Assembly (NCBI GenBank): GCA_036267515.1
Contig: DATAVW010000076.1
Coordinates: 2,567-66,566, forward strand
DNA from: Rhizomicrobium sp.
GTDB taxonomy: Bacteria > Pseudomonadota > Alphaproteobacteria > Micropepsales > Micropepsaceae
Length of the DNA: 64,000 bases
Reading direction: 5' to 3'
The position numbers and the translations under genes were made by a program. The notes under the pieces are model-generated. The model searched no databases. It was not told the DNA's origin and worked only from the letters and a program-made list of their open reading frames with translations. Of the stretch, positions 29,806 to 40,043 are shown piece by piece. Within the stretch, counting starts at the first letter, position 1, and each line of letters starts with the position of its first letter.

Positions 29806-30953
29806 ACCGCGCCCGCCTCGCGCAGCGCGCGGATTTTCTCTTCGCTGTATCCGATCGCTCGCAGCAGTGCCGCGGAGTGGGTGCCATCGGCGGTTCGCGG
29901 CATTAGAGGTTCCGGCGCCGCAGTCGCGGAGAATCGCGGCGCAGGCCGGGGTTGGGTGACGCCGCCGACCTCGATGAAGGTTCCGCGAGCGGCGTTGTGC
30001 GGATCCTGCGGGGCCTCCACCAGGGTCAGTACCGGCGCGACGCATGCGTCGCTGCCCTCGAATATCGCACACCATTCCGCCCGAGTCTTGCCGGCGAAAA
30101 TCCCCGCGAGGCGCTCTTTGAGCGTAGGCCATAGAGTCCTGTCGTGCTGACGGGCAAATTGGCCGGTTTCCGCGATCCCAACGCGCCGCAGAAACTCAGA
30201 ATAGAACTTAGGTTCAATGGGGCCGATCGCAATGTGGCCTCCATCGGCGCACGCATACGTATCATAGAAGTGCGCGCCCGTATCGAGCGCATTGCTGCCG
30301 CGTTTATCCGACCAGGCACCTTGCGCCAAAAAGCTCCAGATCATCGAGGCGAGGAGCGCCGAGCCGTCCACCATGGCGCAATCGATGACCTGTCCTTGTC
30401 CGCTCTTCTGCGAGTGCAAGATCGCGGCCAGCATGCCGAATGCGAGCAGCATGCCGCCGCCGCCGAAATCGCCGATCAGGTTGACCGGCGGCGTCGGCTT
30501 GTCGCCTGCGCGCCCTACGCATTCGAGGACGCCTGACAGGGCAATGTAATTGATGTCGTGACCCGCGGTATGTGCACGCGGCCCGGATTGACCCCACCCT
30601 GTCATGCGGCCGTATACGAGCTTGGGGTTATCAGAGAGCAGCAAATCGGGGCCCAAACCCAGCCGCTCCATCACGCCCGGACGGAATCCCTCGATCAGTC
30701 CATCCGCGCTCTTGCATAGATCGCGAACTGCCTCGACACCCGACCGCTGCTTGAGATCGACGATCATCAATTTGCGGGAGCGCGCCAGGATGTCCTTGTC
30801 CGGATCGATCAGCCCTAAGCGATCGGCACCGGGAGGAACGATGCGGATGACTTCGGCACCGTGATCCGCCAGCATCATCGCGCAGAAAGGCGCGGGACCG
30901 ATCCCGGCAATCTCGATAATTTTCAGACCCGCGAGACAACCTTCGCGCTTCAT
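29799..30953 (-). CDS. CaiB/BaiF CoA-transferase family, alpha-methylacyl-CoA racemase-like
   Basis: GIGPAPF, EGFRPGVMERLGLG, GHDINY, GDFGGG. Confidence 0.9.
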   Translation of the reverse strand: MKREGCLAGLKIIEIAGIGPAPFCAMMLADHGAEVIRIVPPGADRLGLIDPDKDILARSRKLMIVDLKQRSGVEAVRDLCKSADGLIEGFRPGVMERLGLGPDLLLSDNPKLVYGRMTGWGQSGPRAHTAGHDINYIALSGVLECVGRAGDKPTPPVNLIGDFGGGGMLLAFGMLAAILHSQKSGQGQVIDCAMVDGSALLASMIWSFLAQGAWSDKRGSNALDTGAHFYDTYACADGGHIAIGPIEPKFYSEFLRRVGIAETGQFARQHDRTLWPTLKERLAGIFAGKTRAEWCAIFEGSDACVAPVLTLVEAPQDPHNAARGTFIEVGGVTQPRPAPRFSATAAPEPLMPRTADGTHSAALLRAIGYSEEKIRALREAGAVH

Positions 30954-31993
30954 TGCGCTGGATGAGTGCGCAATCGGCGAGCCGCCGCATGCCATGCGGT
31001 GTCGAGTTCCGCAAAGGTGGCGTTACCGATGCCGTAATCGTGCCAATCCTGGTAATCGAAGTGCCACCACTCTTGCGGATATACGGCAAATCCCTGCGCC
31101 TGCATTTCCTTGCGTAGCAGATCGCGCAGCCCGCGCTGCCGGCTCGTGCCGCCGATATAATCAGCGTAGGAACGGGGCGACATCTCGTCGTACCGTCCGG
31201 TCATTTCCACGGCGCTGCCTGATTTCAAATCATAGAGGGTCAGATCGACCGCACAGCCGCGATTGTGCCGCGATCCTTGCGACGGATCGGCGACGAAAAC
31301 ATGGTCGGCATCAGGCGTCGCGTCCCAAAACATTTTTGTCACGAACCATGGCCGATAGGCGTCGTGGATGAGCAGTCCATACCCCTTCGATGCCAGCGCT
31401 CGTTCAGCACGGCCCAGCGCCTCTGCCGCCGGACGCTGCAGATAGGCTTCCGCACGCTCATACAGTGGAAAGCCGATGAAATTGTTCGAGCTCGCATAGC
31501 GAATGTCGAATTTGATGCCAGGATCGACCGTCGCCAGATTGACCAAGTCGAAGGCGCGTTTCGGTTTGGCTTCCTCCGGCGGCTTGTCGTGCAGCGCGGC
31601 CGCACGCAACTGGCCGGTGTCCGCCTTCACGCCGGCGCGGATTTTTTCGACGACTTCCGCGCCGATGTCCCTAAATTCCAAGCGCGTGCCCGCGACGACG
31701 ACCGCCGCCGCGCGTTGCGCTCGAGCCGGTTCGAAATTCACGGTGGTCGAGGCTTTTGCGTCGGCGGCATAGGCTGAAAAACCGGTTGCGCTCAGCCGCC
31801 GCAATGCTGCCCGGTGCAGACCTAAACCGTCGACAAATAGCGCTCCATGTGCCTCGTAGACGGTGAGCGCGGCGTCCTCCGATCGGTATTCGCCGATGAG
31901 CGATTTAAGGTCGCTTGGTGCCTCGCGCGGCAACGCAACCGCAACCCCGACCCAGAATAGCAGCAACAGAATCGCCCGGATGCGTCCGACCAT
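30950..31993 (-). CDS. Secreted D-Ala-D-Ala dipeptidase (M15D, VanX/DdpX-like) with extra N-terminal domain
   Basis: Signal peptide, DAYRP, SRHNRGCAVD (SxHxxGxAxD), EWWHF. Confidence 0.88.
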   Translation of the reverse strand: MVGRIRAILLLLFWVGVAVALPREAPSDLKSLIGEYRSEDAALTVYEAHGALFVDGLGLHRAALRRLSATGFSAYAADAKASTTVNFEPARAQRAAAVVVAGTRLEFRDIGAEVVEKIRAGVKADTGQLRAAALHDKPPEEAKPKRAFDLVNLATVDPGIKFDIRYASSNNFIGFPLYERAEAYLQRPAAEALGRAERALASKGYGLLIHDAYRPWFVTKMFWDATPDADHVFVADPSQGSRHNRGCAVDLTLYDLKSGSAVEMTGRYDEMSPRSYADYIGGTSRQRGLRDLLRKEMQAQGFAVYPQEWWHFDYQDWHDYGIGNATFAELDTAWHAAARRLRTHPAQ

Positions 31994-32096
31994 GCTTGCC
32001 TTTTTTACCCACCTGCTTGCGCAGAAGTTGCTAGAGTCGCAGTTATCCACCGATCATGGCGATCATAACATCGGCACAGTGTCGAGGGCGGTCCCG

Positions 32097-33566
32097 TTGA
32101 ATAGCTGGTCACATCGCAAATCCATCGCAGACGCCATCCGCGACATCGACGCCGAATCGGCGGCGCCGACGCTGCGGCGCGTCCTTGGGCCGCTCGACCT
32201 GATGCTGGTCGGTATCGGCGTCATCGTCGGCGCCGGAATCTTCGTCGTCACGGGAAACGCCGCCGCTCAGTTTGCCGGGCCCGCCATCGTGCTGTCTTTT
32301 CTGCTGGCGGGCTTGGGTTGCGCGCTCACGGGCGTGTGCTACGCCGAGCTCGCCGCCATGATTCCGGCGGCAGGCAGTGCCTACGCATACATCTACACGG
32401 CGCTCGGCGAGGCGGCAGCGTGGATCGTCGGCTGGAGCTTGTTGGCGGAATATGTTTTTGGGGCTTCGTATGTTTCCGTCGGATGGTCGGGATATCTGGT
32501 GTCTCTGTTCGCGCAATGGGGCGTGCCGCTGCCGCCGGCGTTGACGACGGCGCCGTTGGCCATCGGCCCACATGGCTTGACCGCGACGGGAAGCCTGATC
32601 AACGCACCCGCTTCCCTGCTGGCGATCGTCATTTCACTGGTCGCCATGCGCGGCGTGCGCTTGTCCAGCATCGTCAACGGGATCATCGTGTCTCTCAAGA
32701 TGGGCGCGCTGATCTTGCTGGTGACCTTCGGCGCTCTTCACGTCCATCCGCACAACTGGACGCCTTTTCTGCCTCCAAATGCAGGGATGGGCCATTTTGG
32801 CTGGAGCGGCGTGGTGCGCGCGGCCGCGGTCGTTTTTGTTTCGTATCTTGGCTTCGATGCCATTGCGACGCTCGCACAGGACACGCGCAATCCGCAGCGC
32901 AATGTTCCCATCGGCATTTTGGGATCGCTCGGCGCGGTGACGTTGCTCTACATCGCGGTATCGCTGGTGCTGACCGGACTGGTCTCTTACACCCTTCTCG
33001 ACAAGGCCAATCCGCTCTCGGTTGCGCTGCGCGGCGGCGGTCCGTCGCTCGCGTGGCTGTTGCCGATCGTCGATCTCGCCGCCGTGATCGGATTGGGTTC
33101 CGTCGTGTTGATCGTCATGCTGGCGCAGCCTCGGGTGCTGATGGCGATGGGCAAAGACGGTCTCGTGCCGCAGGCATTTGCCCGCGTGCATGCGCGCTTT
33201 CATACGCCCTACTGGGGCACGATAATCTGCGGCGTGTCGGTGGCGGCTTTGGCGGGATTGTTTCCGATCTCGATCCTGGTGCAGCTGGTTTCGGTGGGAA
33301 CACTGATCGTATTCTTCGCGGTTGCGGCCTCGGTCATTGTTCTGCGCGGCGTCGATCCCGGGCGGCCGCGGCCGTTTCGTACACCCTGGGTGCCGGCGGT
33401 TCCGATCGGCGGCATGCTCATCTGCCTAGGCCTCCTGATATACGTACCGGGGCTGACCTGGGCGGTCTACCTCATCTGGTTGGCGCTGGGACTTGCGATT
33501 TACTGGCTCTACGGATCGCGGTCCGCCGTCCGTCTGCGCGCCGCCGTCGCGCCCGCCGCATCATGA
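32097..33566 (+). CDS. APC-family amino acid permease (start approximate)
   Basis: GVIVGAGIF, CYAELA, GSAY, YLGFD, RPFRTP. Confidence 0.9.
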   Translation: MNSWSHRKSIADAIRDIDAESAAPTLRRVLGPLDLMLVGIGVIVGAGIFVVTGNAAAQFAGPAIVLSFLLAGLGCALTGVCYAELAAMIPAAGSAYAYIYTALGEAAAWIVGWSLLAEYVFGASYVSVGWSGYLVSLFAQWGVPLPPALTTAPLAIGPHGLTATGSLINAPASLLAIVISLVAMRGVRLSSIVNGIIVSLKMGALILLVTFGALHVHPHNWTPFLPPNAGMGHFGWSGVVRAAAVVFVSYLGFDAIATLAQDTRNPQRNVPIGILGSLGAVTLLYIAVSLVLTGLVSYTLLDKANPLSVALRGGGPSLAWLLPIVDLAAVIGLGSVVLIVMLAQPRVLMAMGKDGLVPQAFARVHARFHTPYWGTIICGVSVAALAGLFPISILVQLVSVGTLIVFFAVAASVIVLRGVDPGRPRPFRTPWVPAVPIGGMLICLGLLIYVPGLTWAVYLIWLALGLAIYWLYGSRSAVRLRAAVAPAAS

Positions 33567-34507
33567 TCGGTCTCAGCGAAATCAAGAACGCCGCCGCGCG
33601 CATTGCACCCCATGTTCGGCGCACGCCGCTTTGGCATCTGCCGGATGCCATGCTGCGCGATACGCCGCCCTATGATCTTTTTCTGAAGCTGGAACTGCTG
33701 CAGGTCACAGGCTCATTCAAACCGCGCGGCGCTTTCAACCGAGTGTTGTCGGAGCCGGCCCCCGTGCGCGGCTTGGTCACCTCTTCCGGCGGAAATCACG
33801 GAATTGCGGTGGCTCACGTCGGCAAGACACTGGGTCTTCCGGTGGCAATTCCCCTGCCGGCGAGTGTGGCGCCGGAAAAGCTGGCAGCGATGCGTGCTCT
33901 AGGCGCGGAAGCCGATGTGGTGGGTCCGACATTTTTCGTGTCGAATGCCAAGGCCAAGGAAATCGCGGCGGAGCGCGGGTTTTTGTATCTGCATCCTTTC
34001 GCCGAACCCGCCGGCATTGCGGGCCAGGGGACCATCGGCATGGAAATTCTCGAAGACCTGCCCGACGTCGATGTTGTCGTGATCGCCGTGGGCGGCGGAG
34101 GCCTGCTCGGCGGCGTCGCCGCGGCCATCAAGCAGCAACGCAAAGGCATCGCGGTGATCGGGGTCGAGCCGGTGGGTGCGGATGCCCTGACGCGCAGCCT
34201 TGCCGCCGGACGCCCCGTGACATTGGAGAAAATACAAACCAAGGCTGCGACGCTGGCGCCGCCGATGACGGAACAGATCAACTTCGAGTTGGCGCGCCGC
34301 CATGTGGACAACATGGTTCATGTCACGGACGAAGAGATGGAATCAGCCGCGCAATGGCTATGGCGCCGCTGCTTCATCGCCGCGGAACTCGGCGGTGCGG
34401 CATCCACCGCCGCATTGCTGTCGGGCCGTGTCTCCATCGCGGCCGGGAAGAAAGTGGTCAGTATCGTGTGCGGCGGCGGTACCGCGGGAATCAGCCGCGG
34501 CCCTTAA
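33563..34507 (+). CDS. PLP-dependent threonine/serine dehydratase (racemase-like)
   Basis: LQVTGSFKPRG, SGGNHG, VGGGGL; ATGA coupling to the permease. Confidence 0.88.
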   Translation: MIGLSEIKNAAARIAPHVRRTPLWHLPDAMLRDTPPYDLFLKLELLQVTGSFKPRGAFNRVLSEPAPVRGLVTSSGGNHGIAVAHVGKTLGLPVAIPLPASVAPEKLAAMRALGAEADVVGPTFFVSNAKAKEIAAERGFLYLHPFAEPAGIAGQGTIGMEILEDLPDVDVVVIAVGGGGLLGGVAAAIKQQRKGIAVIGVEPVGADALTRSLAAGRPVTLEKIQTKAATLAPPMTEQINFELARRHVDNMVHVTDEEMESAAQWLWRRCFIAAELGGAASTAALLSGRVSIAAGKKVVSIVCGGGTAGISRGP

Positions 34508-34508
34508 G

Positions 34509-35705
34509 TCAGCCCCCGGCAGCTGCGAGCACCTCGCGCGCGATGATCAGCTTTTGCACTTCTGTGGCTCCCTCGTAAATGCGCAGCGCGCGGATATCGC
34601 GATAGAGTTTCTCCACCGGCGTGCCGGCCGTCACGCCACGCGCGCCGAACAGTTGCAGTGCTCGGTCTATCACCCGCTGCGCGGTCTCCGTCGCTGTCAT
34701 TTTTGCCATGGCGGCCTCCTTGGTAACGCGCTTGCCCGTGTCGCGCAGCCACGCGGCCCGGTAGGTCAGGAGCCGTGCCGCGTCCATCTCGGTGGCCATA
34801 TCTGCCAACGAAACCTGCGTCATCTGGAAATCGCCGAGACTTCGGCCGAACATATGCCGCGATCTCGCCTGCGAGATGGCTTCGTCCAAGGCCCGCTGCC
34901 CAAAACCTAAGGCCGCAGCGGCCACGGAGGTGCGGAAAATATCCAAGGTGCGCATCGCAATCTTGAAACCGTCGCCCTCGGGGCCGATCCTCTGCAGCGC
35001 CGGAATGCGGCAGTGATCGAAGGCGATGGTGGCCATGGGATGAGGCGCGGTCAAATCTATGCGCTGCGCGATGGAGAAGCCCGGCGTCGCGGCATCCACG
35101 ACGAAGGCGCTGATGCCCGCGGCCGCTGTGGTGCCGTCCGCCCGTACGTTCGGCGCCTGCGTGCGGGCGAAGACACAATAAAAGTCGGCAATCCCGCCAT
35201 TGGAAATCCACGTCTTTTCGCCATCGAGCACATAATGATCGCCATCGGCCCGCGCGCGGCACCGCATGGCGGCCACGTCCGAACCCGCCTCGGGTTCCGA
35301 TAGAGCGAAAGCCGCAATCGCCTCGCCTCTGGCGATCTTCGGCAGGTATCTCGATTGCAGCCCGCTCGATCCCGCCAAGCTGATCGCGCCGCTGCCTAGA
35401 CCCTGCATCGCAAATGCAAAATCGGCAAGACCGTCGAATCGCGCCAGAGATTCGCGCAAGATAGATATCGATCTCACATCGAAATCTGCGTGCATACCGC
35501 CTTGATCGCTGCGCACGCAATAGCGCGTAAATCCGGCCGTCCCCAACCGTTTGACGAACCCCCGGCAGGCCTCATCGACTGCCTCCCGGCCCTCATCGTG
35601 GACAAGCGCATCGACGTTATCGGCGCACCATTTTGCCGCTGCCGCGTGCAGCTCATGATGGCGCTCATCGAAGAACGGCCAATCGAGAAACGACGGGATC
35701 GCCAT
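34509..35705 (-). CDS. Acyl-CoA dehydrogenase
   Basis: [36 protein letters not shown]. Confidence 0.9.
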   Translation of the reverse strand: MAIPSFLDWPFFDERHHELHAAAAKWCADNVDALVHDEGREAVDEACRGFVKRLGTAGFTRYCVRSDQGGMHADFDVRSISILRESLARFDGLADFAFAMQGLGSGAISLAGSSGLQSRYLPKIARGEAIAAFALSEPEAGSDVAAMRCRARADGDHYVLDGEKTWISNGGIADFYCVFARTQAPNVRADGTTAAAGISAFVVDAATPGFSIAQRIDLTAPHPMATIAFDHCRIPALQRIGPEGDGFKIAMRTLDIFRTSVAAAALGFGQRALDEAISQARSRHMFGRSLGDFQMTQVSLADMATEMDAARLLTYRAAWLRDTGKRVTKEAAMAKMTATETAQRVIDRALQLFGARGVTAGTPVEKLYRDIRALRIYEGATEVQKLIIAREVLAAAGG

Positions 35706-35743
35706 GAAAACAATTCTCCTGCGGGCTAGATGTCGAGGCGGGA

Positions 35744-36061
35744 TCAATCGCTGGGTACGAAAATCCACAGCAGCAAGTACACCAGCAAACCAGCCCCGGC
35801 GCACAGGAACAAAACCGTGAACAGCAAGCGCCATACCCATGATTCCACCGCGGTCGATCGCGCAATGCCGCCGCACACGCCCCCGATCCAGCGGTCGTTG
35901 CGGCTGCGGCGGAAGGAATTGACCGCCGCAGTGAGCGGCTCGGGGTCATGCGAGCGTGCCGCATTCAGAAGCCTTTCCTTGGCCCGCGTGAATTCCTCCT
36001 CCGTCAATGCGCCGCTGGCGCGAAGCTCCGCCAGTTTGCTCAGCTCATCACCTAGCGACAT
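35744..36061 (-). CDS. SHOCT plus PspC-domain membrane protein
   Basis: [27 protein letters not shown] (SHOCT); [15 protein letters not shown]...YLLLWIFVP (PspC). Confidence 0.88.
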   Translation of the reverse strand: MSLGDELSKLAELRASGALTEEEFTRAKERLLNAARSHDPEPLTAAVNSFRRSRNDRWIGGVCGGIARSTAVESWVWRLLFTVLFLCAGAGLLVYLLLWIFVPSD

Positions 36062-36093
36062 AGCGATCTCCTTATATTCACGGGTTTCCCTGA

Positions 36094-36849
36094 TCAGCCG
36101 CGTCCGATGAAGGGCATTTGCGTGGCCATGATGGTCATGAATTGAATGTTGGCATGCAGCGGCAATTTCGCCATCTGCACGATGGCCTCCGCGACATGCT
36201 GCACGCTCATGGTCGGTTCCGCGCGCGTCGAGCCATCGGCCTGCAGCGCGCCGTGCGGCATGCGCAGAGTCATCGCGGTCGTCGCATTGCCGATGTCGAT
36301 TTGTCCGCAGGCGATGCCGTGATCGCGGCCGTCGAGCGAAAGCGATTTCGTCAGGCCGGAAATGGCGTGTTTGGTCGCAGTATAGGGCGCGGACATTGGC
36401 CTTGGAACGTGCGCCGACAGCGAACCGTTGTTGATGATGCGGCCGCCTTGCGGCCGCTGCTCCTTCATCAGAGCAAAGGCTGCGCGGGCGCACAAAAATA
36501 CGCCTGTCAGATTGACGGCCACAATGTCGTTCCACTGCGCCAAACTCAACTCGTCGATCGGAATTTGCGGCGCACCGACGCCGGCATTGTTGAACAATAG
36601 ATCCAAGCGGCCGAACATGTTTCGTATCGCGTGAAACAACGCGGCTACCGAGGCCTCGTCACGCACATCGGTAGGTACGGCCCGCGTGATGCAGTCCTTG
36701 GGCGCTTCGGAGATCGTCTGTTGCAGCGCTTCACGGCGACGCCCGGCCAACACCACGGCATATCCAGCGTTCAGCAGCGCCAGTGCGGTGGCTCGCCCGA
36801 TCCCGCTACCCGCCCCCGTGACCAACGCTATCTTCAGGCCGCCATTCAT
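36094..36849 (-). CDS. Short-chain dehydrogenase/reductase
   Basis: [17 protein letters not shown]. Confidence 0.92.
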   Translation of the reverse strand: MNGGLKIALVTGAGSGIGRATALALLNAGYAVVLAGRRREALQQTISEAPKDCITRAVPTDVRDEASVAALFHAIRNMFGRLDLLFNNAGVGAPQIPIDELSLAQWNDIVAVNLTGVFLCARAAFALMKEQRPQGGRIINNGSLSAHVPRPMSAPYTATKHAISGLTKSLSLDGRDHGIACGQIDIGNATTAMTLRMPHGALQADGSTRAEPTMSVQHVAEAIVQMAKLPLHANIQFMTIMATQMPFIGRG

Positions 36850-36982
36850 GCAACGACTCCCGGTGCGCCGGCAATGCTGATCTGAACTGAGCATGCGTGG
36901 GCACGGCTTGCTCAGTATAAGCCCGGAATGCCCGTCGGGGATGAGTCATCAGGACGCCGTTTCGCCGGCTTTGGCGCGCTGT

Positions 36983-38608
36983 TCAGGTCAGGCATCGGGC
37001 GATCACGCCGGACAGAGGCGGAAAATTCCACTGCTCCGCCCCGCCCACCGATTCGATCATCCGCCACTTTGGATCCGCACCGGGTTGCCAGCGCGCGCTC
37101 GATCCTAGGTTGAACGCGCACAACAGCCGTTGTCCGGCCAAGCTGCGCTCGAACACCAAAAAATCGGCAGGCGCATCGATAAATCGCTGCGCTCCATGAC
37201 GCAGCACCGCACTGTGGCGGCGCAACCCGATCAGCCGCCGTGTGACCGCGAGTTGCGAGCCGGGCTCGTGCTCCTGACGGTCCACGGCGAGTCCCAGGTG
37301 TTCTGGACTCAAGGGTAGCCATGGAACTGCCGTAGAAAAACCCGCATGCGGCGCGGAAGACTTCCAAGGCATCGGTGTGCGCGCACCGTCGCGCCCTAAC
37401 GTGGCAGGCCAGTTCGCGATCGCCTCCGGGTCCTTGAGATCCTCAAAGCCGATGTCAGCCTGCGGCAAACCTAGCTCTTCTCCTTGATACAGAAATATAT
37501 TTCCCCGCAAGCACACGAGCAGCAGCATGGCCAATTGAGCATAGGCCGCGCGATGTTCCGGCGTTGACCAGCGCGTGACCGCCCGGGGCGCATCGTGATT
37601 CGAAAATGCCCAGCTGGGCCAGCCCATCCCGTCGGTGTCGGGCCACGCGCCGAGCGCATTTCGAACCAGCTCGGGCGTCAATCGATCCGCATACAGAAAA
37701 TTGAATCCGTACGCCGTGTGAAAGCGTTTCTGGCCCTGGGTGAGCAGCTGCATTTCCGGTTCGCTGCCCTCGCCGCCGATCTCGGCGACCGTGAAGCGCC
37801 CGTCAAATTCATCCGCGACCTGGCGGATCCGCTCAATGAAGCGAGGCAAATCCGGATGCGATCTGTTGTACAGCGGCTTCTGAAAATCAACCGGCCGCGT
37901 GCGCGGCTGGCCGCTCGCCGGCGCCGGCGGATTGTCGCGCAGCAGGGGGTCGTGCAGCGTGAAATTGACCGCATCGAGGCGGAAGCCATCCACGCCTCGC
38001 TTGAACCAGAAGCGCGCGCATTCGAGCAACGCCTCTTGGACCTGCGGGTTGTGCACGTTGAGATCAGGCTGCTCGGTGAGAAAATTGTGCAAGTAATATT
38101 GGCCCCGCCGCGCGTTCCAAGTCCAAGCAGGTCCGCCGAACACCGACTGCCAATTGCTCGGCGGCGAGCCGTCCGGCTTGGGATCCGCCCAGACGTACCA
38201 ATCGGCGCGGGCATTGCCGCGGTCCAGACAGCTCTGCTGAAACCAAGCATGCTGATCCGAGGTGTGTGAGAACACCTGATCGATGACGATCTTCAGCCCA
38301 AGCGCATGCGCCTTCTCGAGCAGCAAATCAAAATCATGCAGCGTGCCGAAGATCGGATCAACATCGCAGTAATCCGAAACGTCATAGCCGAAATCCTTCA
38401 TCGGCGACTTGAAGAACGGCGACAGCCAAATCGCGTCGACACCGAGCGATGCGACGTAATCCAGACTCTCGGTGATGCCCGGCAGGTCGCCGATGCCGTC
38501 GCCATTGGAATCCTTGTAGCTGCGCGGATAAATCTGATAGATCAGCGCGCCGTGCCACCAGGGGAATGCCCGCCGCGCGTCGACTTGGGACTCCGCGGGC
38601 AGCTTCAT
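36983..38608 (-). CDS. Alpha-glucosidase (GH13)
   Basis: YQIYPRS, DFGYDVSD, GFRLDAV, AEI, SNHD, YQGEELG. Confidence 0.92.
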   Translation of the reverse strand: MKLPAESQVDARRAFPWWHGALIYQIYPRSYKDSNGDGIGDLPGITESLDYVASLGVDAIWLSPFFKSPMKDFGYDVSDYCDVDPIFGTLHDFDLLLEKAHALGLKIVIDQVFSHTSDQHAWFQQSCLDRGNARADWYVWADPKPDGSPPSNWQSVFGGPAWTWNARRGQYYLHNFLTEQPDLNVHNPQVQEALLECARFWFKRGVDGFRLDAVNFTLHDPLLRDNPPAPASGQPRTRPVDFQKPLYNRSHPDLPRFIERIRQVADEFDGRFTVAEIGGEGSEPEMQLLTQGQKRFHTAYGFNFLYADRLTPELVRNALGAWPDTDGMGWPSWAFSNHDAPRAVTRWSTPEHRAAYAQLAMLLLVCLRGNIFLYQGEELGLPQADIGFEDLKDPEAIANWPATLGRDGARTPMPWKSSAPHAGFSTAVPWLPLSPEHLGLAVDRQEHEPGSQLAVTRRLIGLRRHSAVLRHGAQRFIDAPADFLVFERSLAGQRLLCAFNLGSSARWQPGADPKWRMIESVGGAEQWNFPPLSGVIARCLT

Positions 38609-38700
38609 GCGTTGAACCGAATATTAAATGCCACCGTCACCTCGTTATGGTCTTTCGGATCCAGTCGGGAGACGGCGAGTATGCCCGTTGTACGCGCTGC
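38605..38700 (-). pseudogene. Possible remnant of an upstream alpha-amylase C-terminal region
   Basis: Frame TTGILAVSRLDPKDHNEVTVAFNIRFNA* ends in an ATGA overlap with the glucosidase start; resembles GH13 C-domain entry motifs from memory. Confidence 0.3.
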
Positions 38701-38801
38701 GGCGGCGCATTGATACCGATTCTGCTGGCGGGCCCATGTTTGGGAGACATATACGCGGCTGAATCGGTCCGCTTGCCAAGTTGCGCTAAAATACCTTCAA
38801 A

Positions 38802-40043
38802 ATGGTCAAGACCCGTAAAGCGGAAAACCTTGTGGTTGCCGGTCGCGAAGTTGCAGTTTCGCATCCGGACAAAGTGCTGTTTCCGCAGCCGCAGTACACC
38901 AAGCTCGATCTCGTGCACTACTATCTTGCGGTGGCCGATGGTGCACTACGAGGCGCAGGCGGACGCCCTAATATGCTCGTCCGCTACCCCAACGGCATCG
39001 AGGCGGACTACTTTTATCAAAAGCGGGCACCCGCAAGCCGCCCCGCCTGGATTGAGGTGGCGGAGATTCATTTTCCCTCCGGTCGTATCGCTCAGGAGGT
39101 TGTTCCCCGGGACGCAGCGGCGCTCGCGTGGCTGGCGAACCTGGCCTGCTTGGAACTGCACCCCCACCCCGTGCGGGCGGAAGATCTCGATCACCCCGAT
39201 GAGCTGCGAATCGACCTTGACCCGATGCCGGGTGTTGCCTGGAAGAAAGTCCTGGAAGTCACCACGGTGGTCCACTCGCTACTCGAAGAGTTCAAACTCG
39301 TCGGTTGGCCCAAAACTTCCGGCGCACGCGGCATGCACATCGTCGTACGGCTCGAACCGCTCTGGGGTTTCGACGAAGTGCGACGCGGCGCTCTTGCCCT
39401 GGCGCGTGAGGTCGAGAATCGTGCGCCGAGCCTCGCGACCAGCAAATGGTGGAAAGAGGAGCGCGAGGGCGTCTTCATCGACTACAACCAGAATGCCAAG
39501 GATCGTACCGTCGCCTCGGCATACTCGGTTCGGCCGACAGCGGATGCGCGGGTGTCGGCACCGCTCACATGGCAGGAGGTGCATGACTGCGACCCTGCGG
39601 ATTTCACGTTGAAGTCAATGCCGGCGCGCTTCAAGCAGCTAGGAGATGTGCACGGGGACATCGACAAGCATCCAGGCTCGCTCATCAACCTGCTCGAACT
39701 CTTTGAGCGGCAAGGTCTGGGCGATGCACCGTGGCCGCCGCACTACAAGCGCGCGGCGGCGGAACCTCCTCGAGTCAAGCCGTCCAAGCGCCGCAAGTTC
39801 CCGCTGGTCGAGATTGGACGCGCCCGGCACGAGAAAGATGCTCTGTCGGGAGTCGCGCGCTGGAAAGCCCGTCACCCCCGAGCAGCAGCCCACCTTGCGC
39901 CGGCCGATATTCTGGTCGACAGCATGCGTGGACGTTACAGCACTTGGACGCGAATCCGGGTCAACTTGCAGCACGTTCCTGCAAAATTGCGTCCGGCTCA
40001 GGAACCCCTGGATCCGGATGAAAAGATGGATTCGAGCTCGTAA
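38802..40043 (+). CDS. Stand-alone LigD-type polymerase/primase (Prim-Pol) with C-terminal extension
   Basis: SHPDKVLFP, RYPNG, FYQKR, PDELRIDLDP, KTSGARGMH, FIDYNQN, AYSVR. Confidence 0.9.
   Translation: MVKTRKAENLVVAGREVAVSHPDKVLFPQPQYTKLDLVHYYLAVADGALRGAGGRPNMLVRYPNGIEADYFYQKRAPASRPAWIEVAEIHFPSGRIAQEVVPRDAAALAWLANLACLELHPHPVRAEDLDHPDELRIDLDPMPGVAWKKVLEVTTVVHSLLEEFKLVGWPKTSGARGMHIVVRLEPLWGFDEVRRGALALAREVENRAPSLATSKWWKEEREGVFIDYNQNAKDRTVASAYSVRPTADARVSAPLTWQEVHDCDPADFTLKSMPARFKQLGDVHGDIDKHPGSLINLLELFERQGLGDAPWPPHYKRAAAEPPRVKPSKRRKFPLVEIGRARHEKDALSGVARWKARHPRAAAHLAPADILVDSMRGRYSTWTRIRVNLQHVPAKLRPAQEPLDPDEKMDSSS

Noticed and set aside
30950-31993. Vancomycin resistance (vanX)
   Set aside because: A secreted two-domain protein with no vanH, vanA, vanR or vanS nearby; a housekeeping D,D-dipeptidase is more plausible
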